A stretch of DNA of 64,000 nt from Marsupella aquatica. Lineage: Eukaryota; Plantae; Marchantiophyta. Where the stretch lies: contig OZ316893.1 of assembly GCA_973895155.1 (NCBI GenBank), forward strand, positions 16,770,645 through 16,834,644, in the 5' to 3' direction. Below the pieces are notes generated by a model. The model ran no database searches. It worked only from the letters and a program-made list of their open reading frames with translations, and was not told where the DNA came from. The position numbers were made by a program, and so were the translations under genes. Shown here piece after piece: positions 1 through 11,364 of the stretch (position 1 is its first letter; each line of letters begins with the position of its first letter).

Positions 1-111
1 GGGCACTTTCTGTTTCACGACAGCGGAAGGTGTTGTAGTGGAAGCCTTACGAGACAAATCCTTCTTAATGACACCTTTTGATACGGGTTTTGCTATCTCT
101 TCCACAATTGC

Positions 112-1166
112 CTACTTCTTTTGAGCCTTCTTCCTGACAGCCTTCTTTTGTTCTGGCATTTCGGCCGCTTTAATCTTCTTCTGTGGTTGTTTGGACTTTG
201 CAATCTGTGGCCCTTTCACCTCAATAGAGCTAGTGCGGATTTTTGCCTGAGGGACATTAGCTTTCCCAACCTTCTCTAGAAGAGCGATCTTTGAAGACAA
301 TCTCTTCTTCTTGGAAGGAGGAGCATCTTCTTCCATTCGCTTTCTTTTGTTTTTCTTCTGCACCTCCATCTCAGTCTCAGAGTCCTTTTCCTCTTCAGCC
401 TCTGAGCCTCCCACTTCCACGAGTTCTTCAACCATGACTTGGATCTCATCTTCAAAGATCTCCTCTGTTCCAACCAACTCAGGACTCAAAGAGTCACTGG
501 GAACAATGCTCGGTTCATCTGATGTACCCTATGAACTTGATGATCCTGAATCTGAACTCGATGACGATCCAGGTTCATGTACAACTTTGCTTGCTTTGAG
601 ATTTGGGCCACCACCATGACGTCCGTGCCTTTTCTGATTCAAATTGAAGGCCTTCACTACACGATGGGTCGCAACCCAACGTTTAATCCTTTCCTTGTCA
701 ACTGGATCTGGGAAAGAAATTTCCGGAACGATCTTGATCTCCTACCGGAGTTCATCTTCCGGTAAAGATAGAGACATGACATAAACAACATGCCTGGTTG
801 CAGAAAGGTGAGATTGATAATCTTTGAAGAACAAAAAACTAACCCTTCCCAGCCCTGAAACAATATCCTCAGCAGTGAGAACATTATCTGGATCCATGAA
901 ACGATGAGTGGAAGGATCAAAAAATCCCAAGGACGTTATGTTCATTGGCGCAACAATATTGTTCAACGGCAAGAGAGAACTCTCTATATCCACACATTAA
1001 CGCGGTCCTCCACCGTCACTGTCAGAAAGACCTTCCCCTTCTGGTGCTCTGGTGCTTTTGAAATCCTACAATCGGCAAGCACACCCAAGTACTTCCAAAA
1101 CCTTTTGGGCTTGGCAATAACGATCCCCCGCAACCAACACCTCCAAGCGTCACCCTCCATACGCAT
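112..1166 (-). pseudogene. Fragmented TE-associated ORF(s): globular N-terminal pieces followed by a Ser-rich and Lys/Glu-rich low-complexity region; runs toward the window edge
   Basis: Consecutive minus-strand ORFs 984-1166, 742-993 and 112-489 are separated by stops or frameshifts. No family recognised. Confidence 0.3.
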
Positions 1167-1514
1167 TTCAAAAGACCATGAATTGATGATTGGATTTCGG
1201 TGGCTAATAGTGCTTCGACTTAGCGGTTGCAGTAGGCACGGGTGGCTGAAACAAACATACGGGAATCCTAGGAAAGAACCAATACGGAAGATTTAGAACA
1301 GAGTCCAAGATGTCAAAACAAATGCCAAGATTTTATTATTCACAAAAATGGACAATCCGTCCAGAAAACAACTCATTCGACCAAAATGGACTTTGCCCGC
1401 TCGACTACCATCTTCTAAAGTTGGGGCACATATTCATCTGGGTGCCTCAAACTCCAACTAAACAACTCGTCTAGTACTAAGTCTTGACAGATGAGTTCTA
1501 GGGAAATGTCTCCT

Positions 1515-1962
1515 AGGCTGCTTCCTTCTTCAGCCTCTTGATAGTCTGGAGGTGGCCTTCCTCCTGGGCCGTCATGATAATCAGCTTCTTTATGAGCGTC
1601 TGTATCTGACTCTCATGGAGCTCATCAAGCTTGGCGGCCTCCTTCATCACTAGGCACAACTCCTGACATGTCTGAAGATGGTTCCGCTGAGCTCAAAAAT
1701 ATCTTCCAGCATAATCCTTTCTAATCAAACTAATCTCTTCATCTTTCTCCTTCACAGTTTCTCGCAGGGTCTCAAGTTCCTCGAGGACATCCTCAGTCAT
1801 TTGGGACTCCTTCTCATGTTTATCTTTGATCGATTTCAAATGTTTCAAGGCATTGTCGATTTGGCCTTCAAGGTGACAAATGAGCCTCAGGTGAGTAACA
1901 TGCTCTACACGAGAGTTGCGTGAAAGCAAATGGAAATGATATTTACTCCAACGCATTTTCAT
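1515..1962 (-). pseudogene. Coiled-coil ORF remnant, probably cargo of the Sola-like element
   Basis: ORF 1693-1962 (EDVLEELETLRETVKEKDEEISLIRK) continues in frame past a stop into KEAAKLDELHESQIQTLIKKL. It is flanked by the element's palindrome motifs. Confidence 0.3.
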
Positions 1963-3596
1963 ACGGAAGCACTGATGGGATGAGCATCGTCCGAGATCTA
2001 CAAGAGAGTTGCGTGAAGATAGAGATAAAATACGTCTAAAACTGATTCAGAGAAAAAGACTGAGGGTTACCTTCAAGCATGATCTGTGCGTTCACGGCAT
2101 AGTACTGGAGCTCATCTACACGAGTCTCGTGTAGAAAACTTAGTACTGGGTATTGCATAACACAAATAAATCTAATAGGATAATGTCTACACGAGACTCG
2201 TGTGGAAGGAACCGCTGAAATTTGAAATAAAAACAAACAACGAAAAGAAAAACTAAAGATCTACACGACTGTCGTGTGGAAATACCTTCAACTCTGGTGA
2301 AAGCTGCGACCGACATCTCCCGGACTTCCAATTCGGATAGATTCGCCATGAAACCTCTTCGCACGTGTGAAACAATTTGCAAAATAAGGACAAAATTGAG
2401 CAGAACTCAAAGGGAGAGACAAATGAGCAAAAGGGCGAAGAATGAGCGAGAGGGCAAAGATGAAGGAATGAGTGAATGAGCGAATCTCATTGAAATATAT
2501 AACTGATACGAGGAATGGGCGAGCGTGAAAATGGGCCAGTGTGAAGCGTGAAGACACCATTAAGAGCGCCGCCAAAAATATCCACGAATCTTACCAGACG
2601 ACAATCGTGTAGAGCTATCAGCCTGTCACATTCGAGCAGATGTGCTTATTATTTTGTCATTATCTGTTGTCATTATCTGACATGATTAATTGCGCCGCCA
2701 AAATATTGGAAAATCGGACCACACGACAATCTAGCAGAGCGGCCACCCTATCATTTTTGTCCATTATATTCGGGATTTCTATCTGGGAATGGTATTTATC
2801 GATTAGTCATCCTGATTCTCTAGTCCATTCTCTCGCCAGAGGTGAATGGTTCTGAGGACAAGTTCTGGCACTGGTGGTTTAGAGGACAGGTTTTGGCACG
2901 GGTTTGAGTCCAAGGACTGCTTCTGGGCGCCCAATCGGTACGTCCCTTCTGGGATTCCATTCCTGTGACTGTCTCATTCCTGTGATTGTCTCATTCTTGT
3001 CACTCTTGGAGAATGTTTTTTTAGGACAATTATTTGTACCTCATTTCTTTCAAAAGTTCTACTAAATAGGGGTACTGTAATAGGATATTTAGCATTTCAA
3101 GAGGAATTAGACCTCATTTCTTCCTTAACTGCCCTAATTTTAGAATTAGACTTCATTTCTTCTTAATTGAGGACGATTGAGGGTCCTGACATGGGTTATG
3201 TCTTGGTCTTGAGGAATTGGACTTCAATTGTAACACAATTTATCAGTTGGGTGGTTCCTTAATGTGATATTACATGGATTGGGGATTTGTACCCTGTTGG
3301 AATTTGTACCCTAATGGAATTTGTACACTGGTGGACCTTTTACCCTATTGGAATTTGTACCTAGTTGGACTTTCCTTCTCTCTTAGAGTGAAACATCGAA
3401 TAATAGTGGGTCCTTTCCTTACTTCTTGTGGGACTTTTTGTCATAAATGCATATGATTGTGATAATTCCGTTACTTTTGGGAGATGTTTAGACCTAAGCT
3501 GATGCTCTACACGAGGCTCGCCTAGCCATCGAACCTCCTTGAGTTTCCTTCCACTACCTGTATGCGTTAATAATTCTACACGAGCCTCGTGTTGAG
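1903..3596. repeat. Cluster of dispersed 21-bp palindromes, consensus TCTACACGAG-N-CTCGTGTAGA
   Basis: Perfect copy at 2115-2135. Variants at about 1904, 1997, 2186, 2260, 2594, 2719, 3506 and 3575; more occur beyond the copia insertion. Confidence 0.8.
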
Positions 3597-3640
3597 GGAT
3601 ACTGACGTGCATGTTTTATTCTGGTTAACCAGGTCTTTTC

Positions 3641-3777
3641 TGTTACAAACCTAATACACCAACAATGATATGATCTTCTATTCCAAGGAGATAATATATA
3701 CATATGGTAACTCTGGTTGGAGTTAACCATGGGTTCTAACTATAGTTAGTATACCCAATCATAGTTAGGGTATAACA
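3641..3777 (-). repeat. 3' LTR of the copia element (137 bp)
   Basis: TGTTACAAAC...GGTATAACA. Differs from the other LTR by one substitution and one 1-bp indel. Confidence 0.95.
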
Positions 3778-3786
3778 CTCCCCCTT
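3778..3786 (-). promoter_or_regulatory. Polypurine tract of the copia element
   Basis: AAGGGGGAG on the minus strand immediately before the 3' LTR. Confidence 0.85.
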
Positions 3787-4389
3787 GGGTGTTATCATTT
3801 TAGGAAAAATGTGACAACCAATCTTCTATCAATGTATATGAAGGTAGGTGATGGGGGTGCAACCTCATTAAAACCTTCCCTACTTTCTTTTGTGGAAGGA
3901 AAGAGTATTGCCACCCTACATCCCTTTAAGTTTTAAAATAAAGTTGTGTCTTTCTAAAGTAATCTGTATTTGCGTTTGTCTATTCCCTACTTTTCTAGAC
4001 TAATTGCATTCAGAGTATATGTTTTTAGGTTTGTATTCTGGGTTGTGGTGTCGTTCTGCAAGAGGTCCATCGAGTGTAAGTGGTGTTGAAGTCGGTTGTA
4101 TGAGAGTGGAATGGCGGGTTCTCTTTCGTGCAAGTACTGTCGATGTCGGGGTGAGCTGCAATGGTTGGAGATGCAATTGCCCTGGGTCTTTGTGATAGGG
4201 TCAATCAGAGAGATGCCAGTGCGTCTTCTTGAGGATTCATCAAGTTTCGTCTGTGGCTCTTGAGGAAGTCGATTGCGAGAGGTTAGTCGAACGACTTGTG
4301 TTCTGTCAAGCTGGTGCTGTTCGTTCTCGCAATGTTCATCAGGGAAGTCAAATCTCCCCCTCAATCTTTGTATCCTGCAAAAGCTTTGT

Positions 4390-4669
4390 TACGCTGCGTA
4401 TTCCTATTGAATAAGTTAGTGATTGATGGAGGGACGGTGGTAGAGACTTCGTAAGGATATCTGCCTTGTTCTGATTTCCTGGAATCCATTGTACATCAAT
4501 TTATTTTCCTTGTTGTTTGTGTGAGAAAAAGAATTTAGGCGCAATATGTTTTGTAAGTTCGCCTTTGATGAATCCGGTTTTGATTTGAGTTATGCAAGGC
4601 ATGTTATCTTCGAAGAGTATTGTAGGTTTGGTTAATTTTGGTTTACCTGTGTTGATCAGAATATGATCT
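4390..4669 (-). pseudogene. C-terminal RNase H portion of copia pol, separated from the rest by the LINE
   Basis: Minus strand reads DHILINTGKPKLTKPTILFEDNMPCITQIKTGFIKGELTKHIAPKFFF, continuing ECLWLRKV at ~11365. Confidence 0.85.
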
Positions 4670-5859
4670 AAGCACTGACTACCTCGGATGTAGCAAAACT
4701 TGAGCTACCTCCATCATTGGAGGAGGTCAAAGACACTCTGTGGTCCTTTCCGGTTGATAAAGCACCGGGGCCTGATGGGTTAACGGCTGAAGTGTTCCGG
4801 AAGTGTTGGGACTTCATAAGTGATGATTTGTTGAGCATGATCCTTGCGTTGTGGAGAACAGGCAAATTGGCGGGCAATGTGAAGATGGGGATTATAAAGC
4901 TGATACCTAAGAAGGCGGATAAAAGGTGATTGAAGGATTGACGGCCCCTCACTATGCTCAATACGACATACAAGATCATCGCTTAACTCCTTGCCCGACG
5001 CTTAAAACCTCTGCTGAATCAATTGATAAGCACTTAGCAATCGGGATTCATCTCGGGACGTCACATTCTTGAGAACATTTCAACCGCGTGGCTTACATTG
5101 GATTGGGTCAGAATCAAGCAGCAAGAATCCTTGTTCCTCAAGCTCAATTTCGAGAAAGCCTTTGATCGGGTTAATCATTCTTATATATGGGAATCTATGC
5201 ACCTCCTAGGCCTGGGGAGTCACTACATCAGGCTGGTACGTTCACTTGTTACCGGGGCTAGCTCTAAGATTCACATTAATGGTCTTTTCTCTAAGGACAT
5301 CAGTATGTTGCGGGGAGTACGTCAAGGCTGCCCATTATCGCCTCTATTGTTTGTACTCTCAACCCAACCCTTCATGGACTTTCTCGATGGAGAATTAGCT
5401 CAAGGCACTCTGCGTGGTATTCAGATATCGGCTTTGTTGACGATCTATTACAAGTTTTTTGCTGATGACCTTGGTATGTTTATTCCTGCTACACTGGAGG
5501 ATTTCAATGGGGCCTGACTAGCTATTGAGTGTTATGAGCTGGCTTCGGGTGCCAAACTGAATCTGCGTAAGTCGACAGTAATTCCTTTGGGACTTCTAGG
5601 AGCGAGGTGTATCTCTTTGGTGACAGAGATAAGGCGGATTACTGATGTTCGGGAAGCAGGTACTTTTGCGACTGGCTGGATCTGGGCTGACAAAAGGGAG
5701 AGATTGACCCACTTTGCTCTCCCCAATGCCAGGGTTTATCAACTTGTGATGCCTAGACAGGAATCACTCGGCCGGTTAAGTGGGTAAAGCAGGAAGGCAC
5801 CCTAGGAACACCTTAGTATAGTGACAAAACAAGGAAAATATAAACAATTAGGGGCAACC

Positions 5860-8800
5860 ATGGAACCCGGGCAGAGGCCGGAGGTAAGGCTGAGGGTGAA
5901 AACCCGATTAGGGTTAGGGCGCGTTAAGCGTCGGTGGCTAGGAAGGATCAACGGGAAGAAGGACCGGCAGAGGAGAGGGGTAAGGAGCGCTTGCAGGAGA
6001 TGGTGGCTCATTTGCGAGCACGAACTAGGCAGACGACTACGGGAGGCCAACTACTGTCAGCTGCTTAGGCAAGCACTCGGGGAGAGAGTAGATACCGACG
6101 ATCAACCTAAGGAGGGTATGAGCAACGTCAATCAAGCGGCACATTTCTGGGGATGCCTGTTCGAACGGGCAACTGAGTACATCAAGACTTACGAGGACGA
6201 GGAGTCAGAAAGGGCAGCTCGAGAACGGCAGGAGCTCGCTCGATTGTGGGAGCTACAGAAGACGGCTTTCTTAGGAGGCGAACTCATCAAGGACGAGTTC
6301 CTGTGGATGCCTACTTCCAATCAACTCGACGATCTTCTGTTTTGCAAAGACAGCGTCGTCGGCATCCGAGAGGCCATCAAGAACTGCAACGACATACACT
6401 GGGAATTAAAGGGTAGCACGGAAAGGTGGACCCAGGCAACGGTGCTAGGAGAAACCTCCACGGCAGCAGAGATGAAGAGGAAGGGAGCCGTCAACGATGA
6501 AGCCACCCCGGCAAAAAGAACGAGGTCGGCGGCACCAAAGAAGCCAGCCGAGCAGCAGAGCAGGAGGCAGGGAGAAGCCGAAGAGGAGGAGGTCGATCCC
6601 ATCAAGGCCATTCCAACCAGGGATGACACCTGGAAGGGCTGGGCGGCAACCCTACCGGTGGAGGTGCAACTACATTTTGCACGGGAGGAGGATGCATGCT
6701 TTACGGCCATGCAGACCAAGAAGTACCAAGGCTTCATGGCCGGATCCGGCTTGGAGGCCTTTGTAAGATTACCATGGCTGAAGCCGGAGGTACCGGAGTC
6801 AGACCTATTAGAATTCGTGGGGTCATGGGAACCCGAGACCAATTGCACGAGGATATATGGGAAGGATTTCTATCTTACTCCCAAGGTGATTGCTGAAGTG
6901 TTTGGCTTGCCGATGGGCAATAGACCAAAGTTGATACCAGGAAGACCTTGCCTGACAAGGAGTTCCGGTCGTTCCCCGGGCCATCAACGAAGAATGGCTT
7001 CTTCCGGAACACCTGCACCAACCCGCACATAGGAGAGATGATCGACTTCTTGCGGGTGACCATGCATTGTAACTTGCCGAGGGCAGAGATCGGCAAGGCA
7101 CAGGTCTATCTGGCAGAAAGGCCAGACCCAAGCCGGGACTACAACGGGTACCTCCTCAACCAATTGAAGAAGATCTTAAAGGAGGAGCAGCAGGTAATCG
7201 GCATGGGGAGCGTGTCACGGCTTGGCTATCACATGCCGCTGTTGTGCCGGTATGCCAGAGGTCAGACTTTTGCCCCGGTACTTCCCCTGCAGGTAAGGGC
7301 ACCCGAGGAAGCTCCAACGCCGAGGCCGTTGGCTGAGAAGCCTCAACCACCTGTTAGTCCTACGATCGAGCAGGTGTTTAGGCCCAGGAAGGAAGACTTG
7401 CCGATGCAGCAACCAGGCATGCAGAGTCTGCTGAAACTACTGGAGAAAGAAAAGAAATCGGCATCGGCAACAACAACGGCAACGGCAACAATGCAGGACA
7501 CTACTACAGAGGTAGGCCTACACCGGCTCACAAGAGAAAACCCCTTTGCTGGAGACAAGGAGAGAATCAGGCCGGAATCCAAGCCAGGTGTTCGAATGTA
7601 CGTGGGAACCTCAAGCTCCGAATCTGAGGCAGAATTGCCTGAAGCTCCTACCGAGGAAGAGGAGAGGGAGAAGCCGGAAATCCAAGAGGTAGAGGAGGCA
7701 GTGGAGGACTGCAGCCATGATAATTCCGGCTATGGGTCGGACCATCACGTTCCAGGAGTAAGGACCTGTGGCCGGTTTGTCCCCACACTTCCAAGGGTAG
7801 TGCGAGGGGACCCCAACCAGCAGAGTAGCCCTGAGTCTCCCCCACCAGATGTTGCTCCCCCGAGCTTCGACGGCATAAAACAGACGGTGCAGGAATTTCA
7901 GGAGCGAATCAAGCAGGAAGAAGAGGCCGCCCTGGCTAAGGAAAAGGATTTACCAGGAGGAGATTGGCCGGAGGACATCAGGCGGCTAGCCGAAAAAGGA
8001 AGCAAACCTCTAGCCACGATTGAAGAGATCCGCAGGACGGCTTGGGAGCAGAGGCCACGATGGGCGATGCCGATCACTTCTACTTACTCCACCTACGCTA
8101 AGAATAGAGCCATGGAGTATGGTGAGATGTGTGGGGAACTTGCGCTCGGCATCTTTGGAGAGGAGTTGGAGGTAGGACCCTTTTTCCATAGGGAGCAGTT
8201 GGAGAAGCACCAATTAGAAGAAGCGGTGGCTTTAGAGAGAAGCAAGAAGGACGAGGTCATTCGGCGGCTTAGGAGGATGGGAGCCGAGATTGAAGATCTA
8301 AGGGCGGCCAAGAAAGCCCAAGATGAACTGCGGATTAAACGACATGAGCTGAACATCATGCAGGGGCAGTTGGACGCCGCACAGGCTGATAATCAGAATA
8401 TCAAGGATAAACTGACTCAGACGCAGGAAGAGTTGGCCGACACGATCAAAGAGAGGGAAAAGTGGAAGCAAGAGCTGAAGAATACAGAGGAGGCCCACAT
8501 AACAGCCAACAGCCGGGCCATGGTGGAAACCCAAAGAAAGGAATGGGCGTTGAAAGGGGAGCTCGAGAAAATCCGCGGAGCCCTTGAGCAGAAGGAGGTC
8601 GAGTTAGGGAAATCCTATCAAGGGATTATGGCGCTGCAGCAGGAGCTTGCGTCCCTAACGGCCAGCTTCAAGGCCGACCTAAGGGAGAAGGACGAGATGC
8701 TCGAACAGACTTACGCCAAGATGAACCAGATGGAGTCTGTCATCATTGCAGAGCTCGACAAGGAGCTAAGAGCAACCCAGGAGGAGAGGGCTACCTTGAA

Positions 8801-9506
8801 GAAGGAATTGGAGGAAGCCCACAGGGAGCAGGAGGAGGCCAAAAACGAGCTGGAGGGGGCACGTAAGGACCTGGATGAAACCCAAGAGGAGTTGGAGGAA
8901 ATCACGAGGAAGATGGAGAACCTACAGCAGCGGGCCGACAACCAAACAGAGCGGCTGAAGAAACAAGCCGCAGTATTTAAATGCTTAGCTGCAGCAGGTC
9001 CATCTCCTGTTGGGACAAACCAGTTACCAGGGGTGGTAATTGCCGAAGGACAAGCCGCGCCACCTGCACCAGTGCCGGAAGTAAGTGGGAAGGGGAAGGG
9101 ACCAGCTGCCGAGCCACCAACGAAGAAGAAGCGGAAACCTTCAGGGTCAAGGAGTAATACGACTTCACAGGCCGTGGTGATCAAGGAGGTAGACCCAGCA
9201 CCGACCCCAGACAGGGTCACGGCTAAGGATCCAACTACCCTAGGGGAAGGGGAGGCCGAAGCCGTGGGGGTGGCTGAAGCCGAAGCCGAGGGAGTGGCTG
9301 AAGCCGAAGCCGTGGGAGTGGCTGAGGCCGAAGCCGTGGGTATTGCCGAGGCCGGTGTCGAGGCTGAAGCCGAAGGTGGACCCAGTCAGGCCGATGGAGA
9401 GTTGACTCGGTCAAGGGCAGGTAATCTGTCAGTAGGCAGGCCAACGGCAGTGGCTGAGGAGGAAGTGTTGGGGGCGTCCATTGAGGATCCACCACCGGTG
9501 TCGTGA
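5860..9506 (+). CDS. ~1,215-aa LTR-borne protein (one 1-bp frameshift near 6922): Arg-rich N-terminus, PMD/Athila-ORF1-like domain, long coiled coil
   Basis: ORFs 5821-7032 and 6948-9506 join when the extra A seen in the second copy (ggcaataagacc vs ggcaatagacc) is restored. The ATG is conserved in both copies. EFVGSWEPET...LTPKVIAEVFGLP resembles the plant mobile domain core. Confidence 0.65.
9252..9375 (+). repeat. 24-bp coding tandem repeat (AEAEAVGV)n
   Basis: GCCGAAGCCG(T/A)GGG(G/A)GTGGCTGA repeated about 4-5 times. Confidence 0.8.
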
Positions 9507-11364
9507 CGGTGCAAGGGCGCCGTTCCTTTTAGGGAGGGCGGACGTGGAGGGAGGAGGCGTGAGTGGGCAGGGCGGGCGCGGATCTCCACGTTTAGGATTA
9601 GGATCAGAACCAGGAGCGGCCCTGACACTTAGCTTGTGGGATTGCGGTCCCACTGGTAGGAGCAACACTTGTGCTCCTGCCTTGCTGTACATAGGTAGAT
9701 TCGGGCAAGTAGATTACTGTTAAGTAGATTAGGCTTACGATGCAAAGAATGGCGGATCCACTACCAGGATAAGTACCTGGGCAGCGGGGAGCTCAGGGCC
9801 TCTTCTTTAGCAAGTTTTTAGTTTGCACCAGCCGGGCTGGGATCAAGTAGTACGAGAAGCTCTCGGTTAGTCATACAGTGACCCTTGTGTATATTCATGT
9901 TTCCTCATGCCTAAGAGCTGAATAGAGTTGGCCTCACGGCTTAGTTCGCAGAACTTGTGTATGAGATGTACTGTTTGTATGGCAAGTGCATGGTATGACT
10001 CAGTCAGAATGAGTCATTTTGCTATTTGTGTGTCGCATTAACTTGTGTGAAGAGTGCCCACATCAACAGAAGGAAGGAAAGTAAGCAGGGGAGTGAGAGT
10101 TGGATGTGTCGAGCTGAGAGAGGTCTTAGCGGCTTAACCAAGCCTATTGGGGATCATTCCGGCGGCGGAATCCAAACATACCTAACAAGACAGAGGGGAA
10201 GACAGGGGAAGACAGGGGAAGGCCTATATTAGGCCGGCTACGTATCTCATGACCCGATGAAGGATCTGTCCAGTATATGTGTGTAAAATGTTAATAGTAG
10301 TAGTAGAAGGTTAGCAGCGTCCCATGCCGCTAAGCCGCGGAAACGGCCTCGCCAAGCACGAAACCTGCGGGAATCGGCTTGAGCTGGGGGGTTTCTTGGG
10401 TTTAGGGAGCCATGGGACGCACCACACAACTGCTCTGCACGAAGGGCAATGAATTCAACAGACTTAATAGAATTTGGTCCTTACAGCTTTCTGACCGGGA
10501 ATGGAGCCACCTCTTGCACTCACTGTGGTCTTCTGATATTCCTTCAAAGTCTCGCACTTTTCTGTGGAGAGTGATTGCACAGGGACTGTTCACTAACGTC
10601 CGGGCTTCCAAAATGGGGAAAAGTGATGGTACTTGTGGTCTGTGCAGTTCTATGCCTGAGACCATTCCACACATTTTCTTCACATGTACGTTTGCACGCA
10701 AAGCATGGGAACTAGTTGCCCGGACTTTTCCGGATCTGATCACTTGGCCTACCATGGGTCTGAAAGCTCTGATGGACGCTTTCTCTGGACACAGTCTTGC
10801 ACATTCATTGATAATCTTTATGGTGTATCATGTTCTTTGGCACTTGTGGCTAGCACGGAATGACAGTGTCTTCAATAATGGTAGAAGGCGCAGCTTTGAC
10901 CTGCTTAGGATATTTTCGGAGATAATTGACCAGCTTCATGGCCTGTGTGAGGACTCTGGCCCCAGCAACCGGCGCACTCGGATGCTACGGACTAAGGAGG
11001 AATCTATTAAGGAATGCTTGATATGGGTTCCCCGTCCGGAGGCTAGATTCTCAGTATCTTAGTTTTTAGTTCCTTAGTTCCTTCTCTTAGTCTCTCCGGG
11101 CTTAGGGCTTCTGCCCTTCTTGGTTCTCGCATCTTGGTTGGGTTCCCTGGCTGTGACTTGCTGGCGGAACTGGGAACTGGAGACCGTCATCTTCTGAGGG
11201 ACTATGGGCAGACTGGTTCTAGAAGTAGCTTTGCGTTGCTTATCTTTGTCTTTCACTCCCTTGGCTTTTGGCCTTCCCTTCTGAGGGTCTCATTGTTGCC
11301 TTTTGGCTCCCTTTCCCGTAGGGGTTTGCGGGTTTTTTTTGAAAAAAGAAGAAAAAAAGAAGAA

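Larger units (their letters stand above)
5745..10426. mobile_element. 4,682-bp solo-LTR-like insertion containing a long ORF
   Basis: Termini TGTGATGC...GCACCACA (7/8 inverted match) and 5-bp TSD CAACT (5740-5744, 10427-10431). The LINE frame ARVYQL|LCTKGN rejoins across it. No internal gag/pol. Confidence 0.85.
4670..11364 (+). mobile_element. 5'-truncated, internally deleted L1/Tx1-type LINE inserted in copia RNase H
   Basis: RT motifs KAPGPDG, LNFEKAFDRV, RGVRQGCPLSPLLF and FADD (4717-5590, several stops). zf-RVT CGLC..ETIPHIFFTC (10427-11062). GA/A-rich tail at 11341-11364. Confidence 0.9.

Noticed and set aside
6321-9692. Many minus-strand ORFs overlapping the LTR-borne gene
   Set aside because: Antisense shadows of a GC-rich coding frame.
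5745-10426. Cut-and-paste DNA transposon (CACTA, MULE, hAT)
   Set aside because: No transposase motif, only an 8-bp imperfect inverted end, and TG..CA with a 5-bp TSD fits an LTR integrase product.
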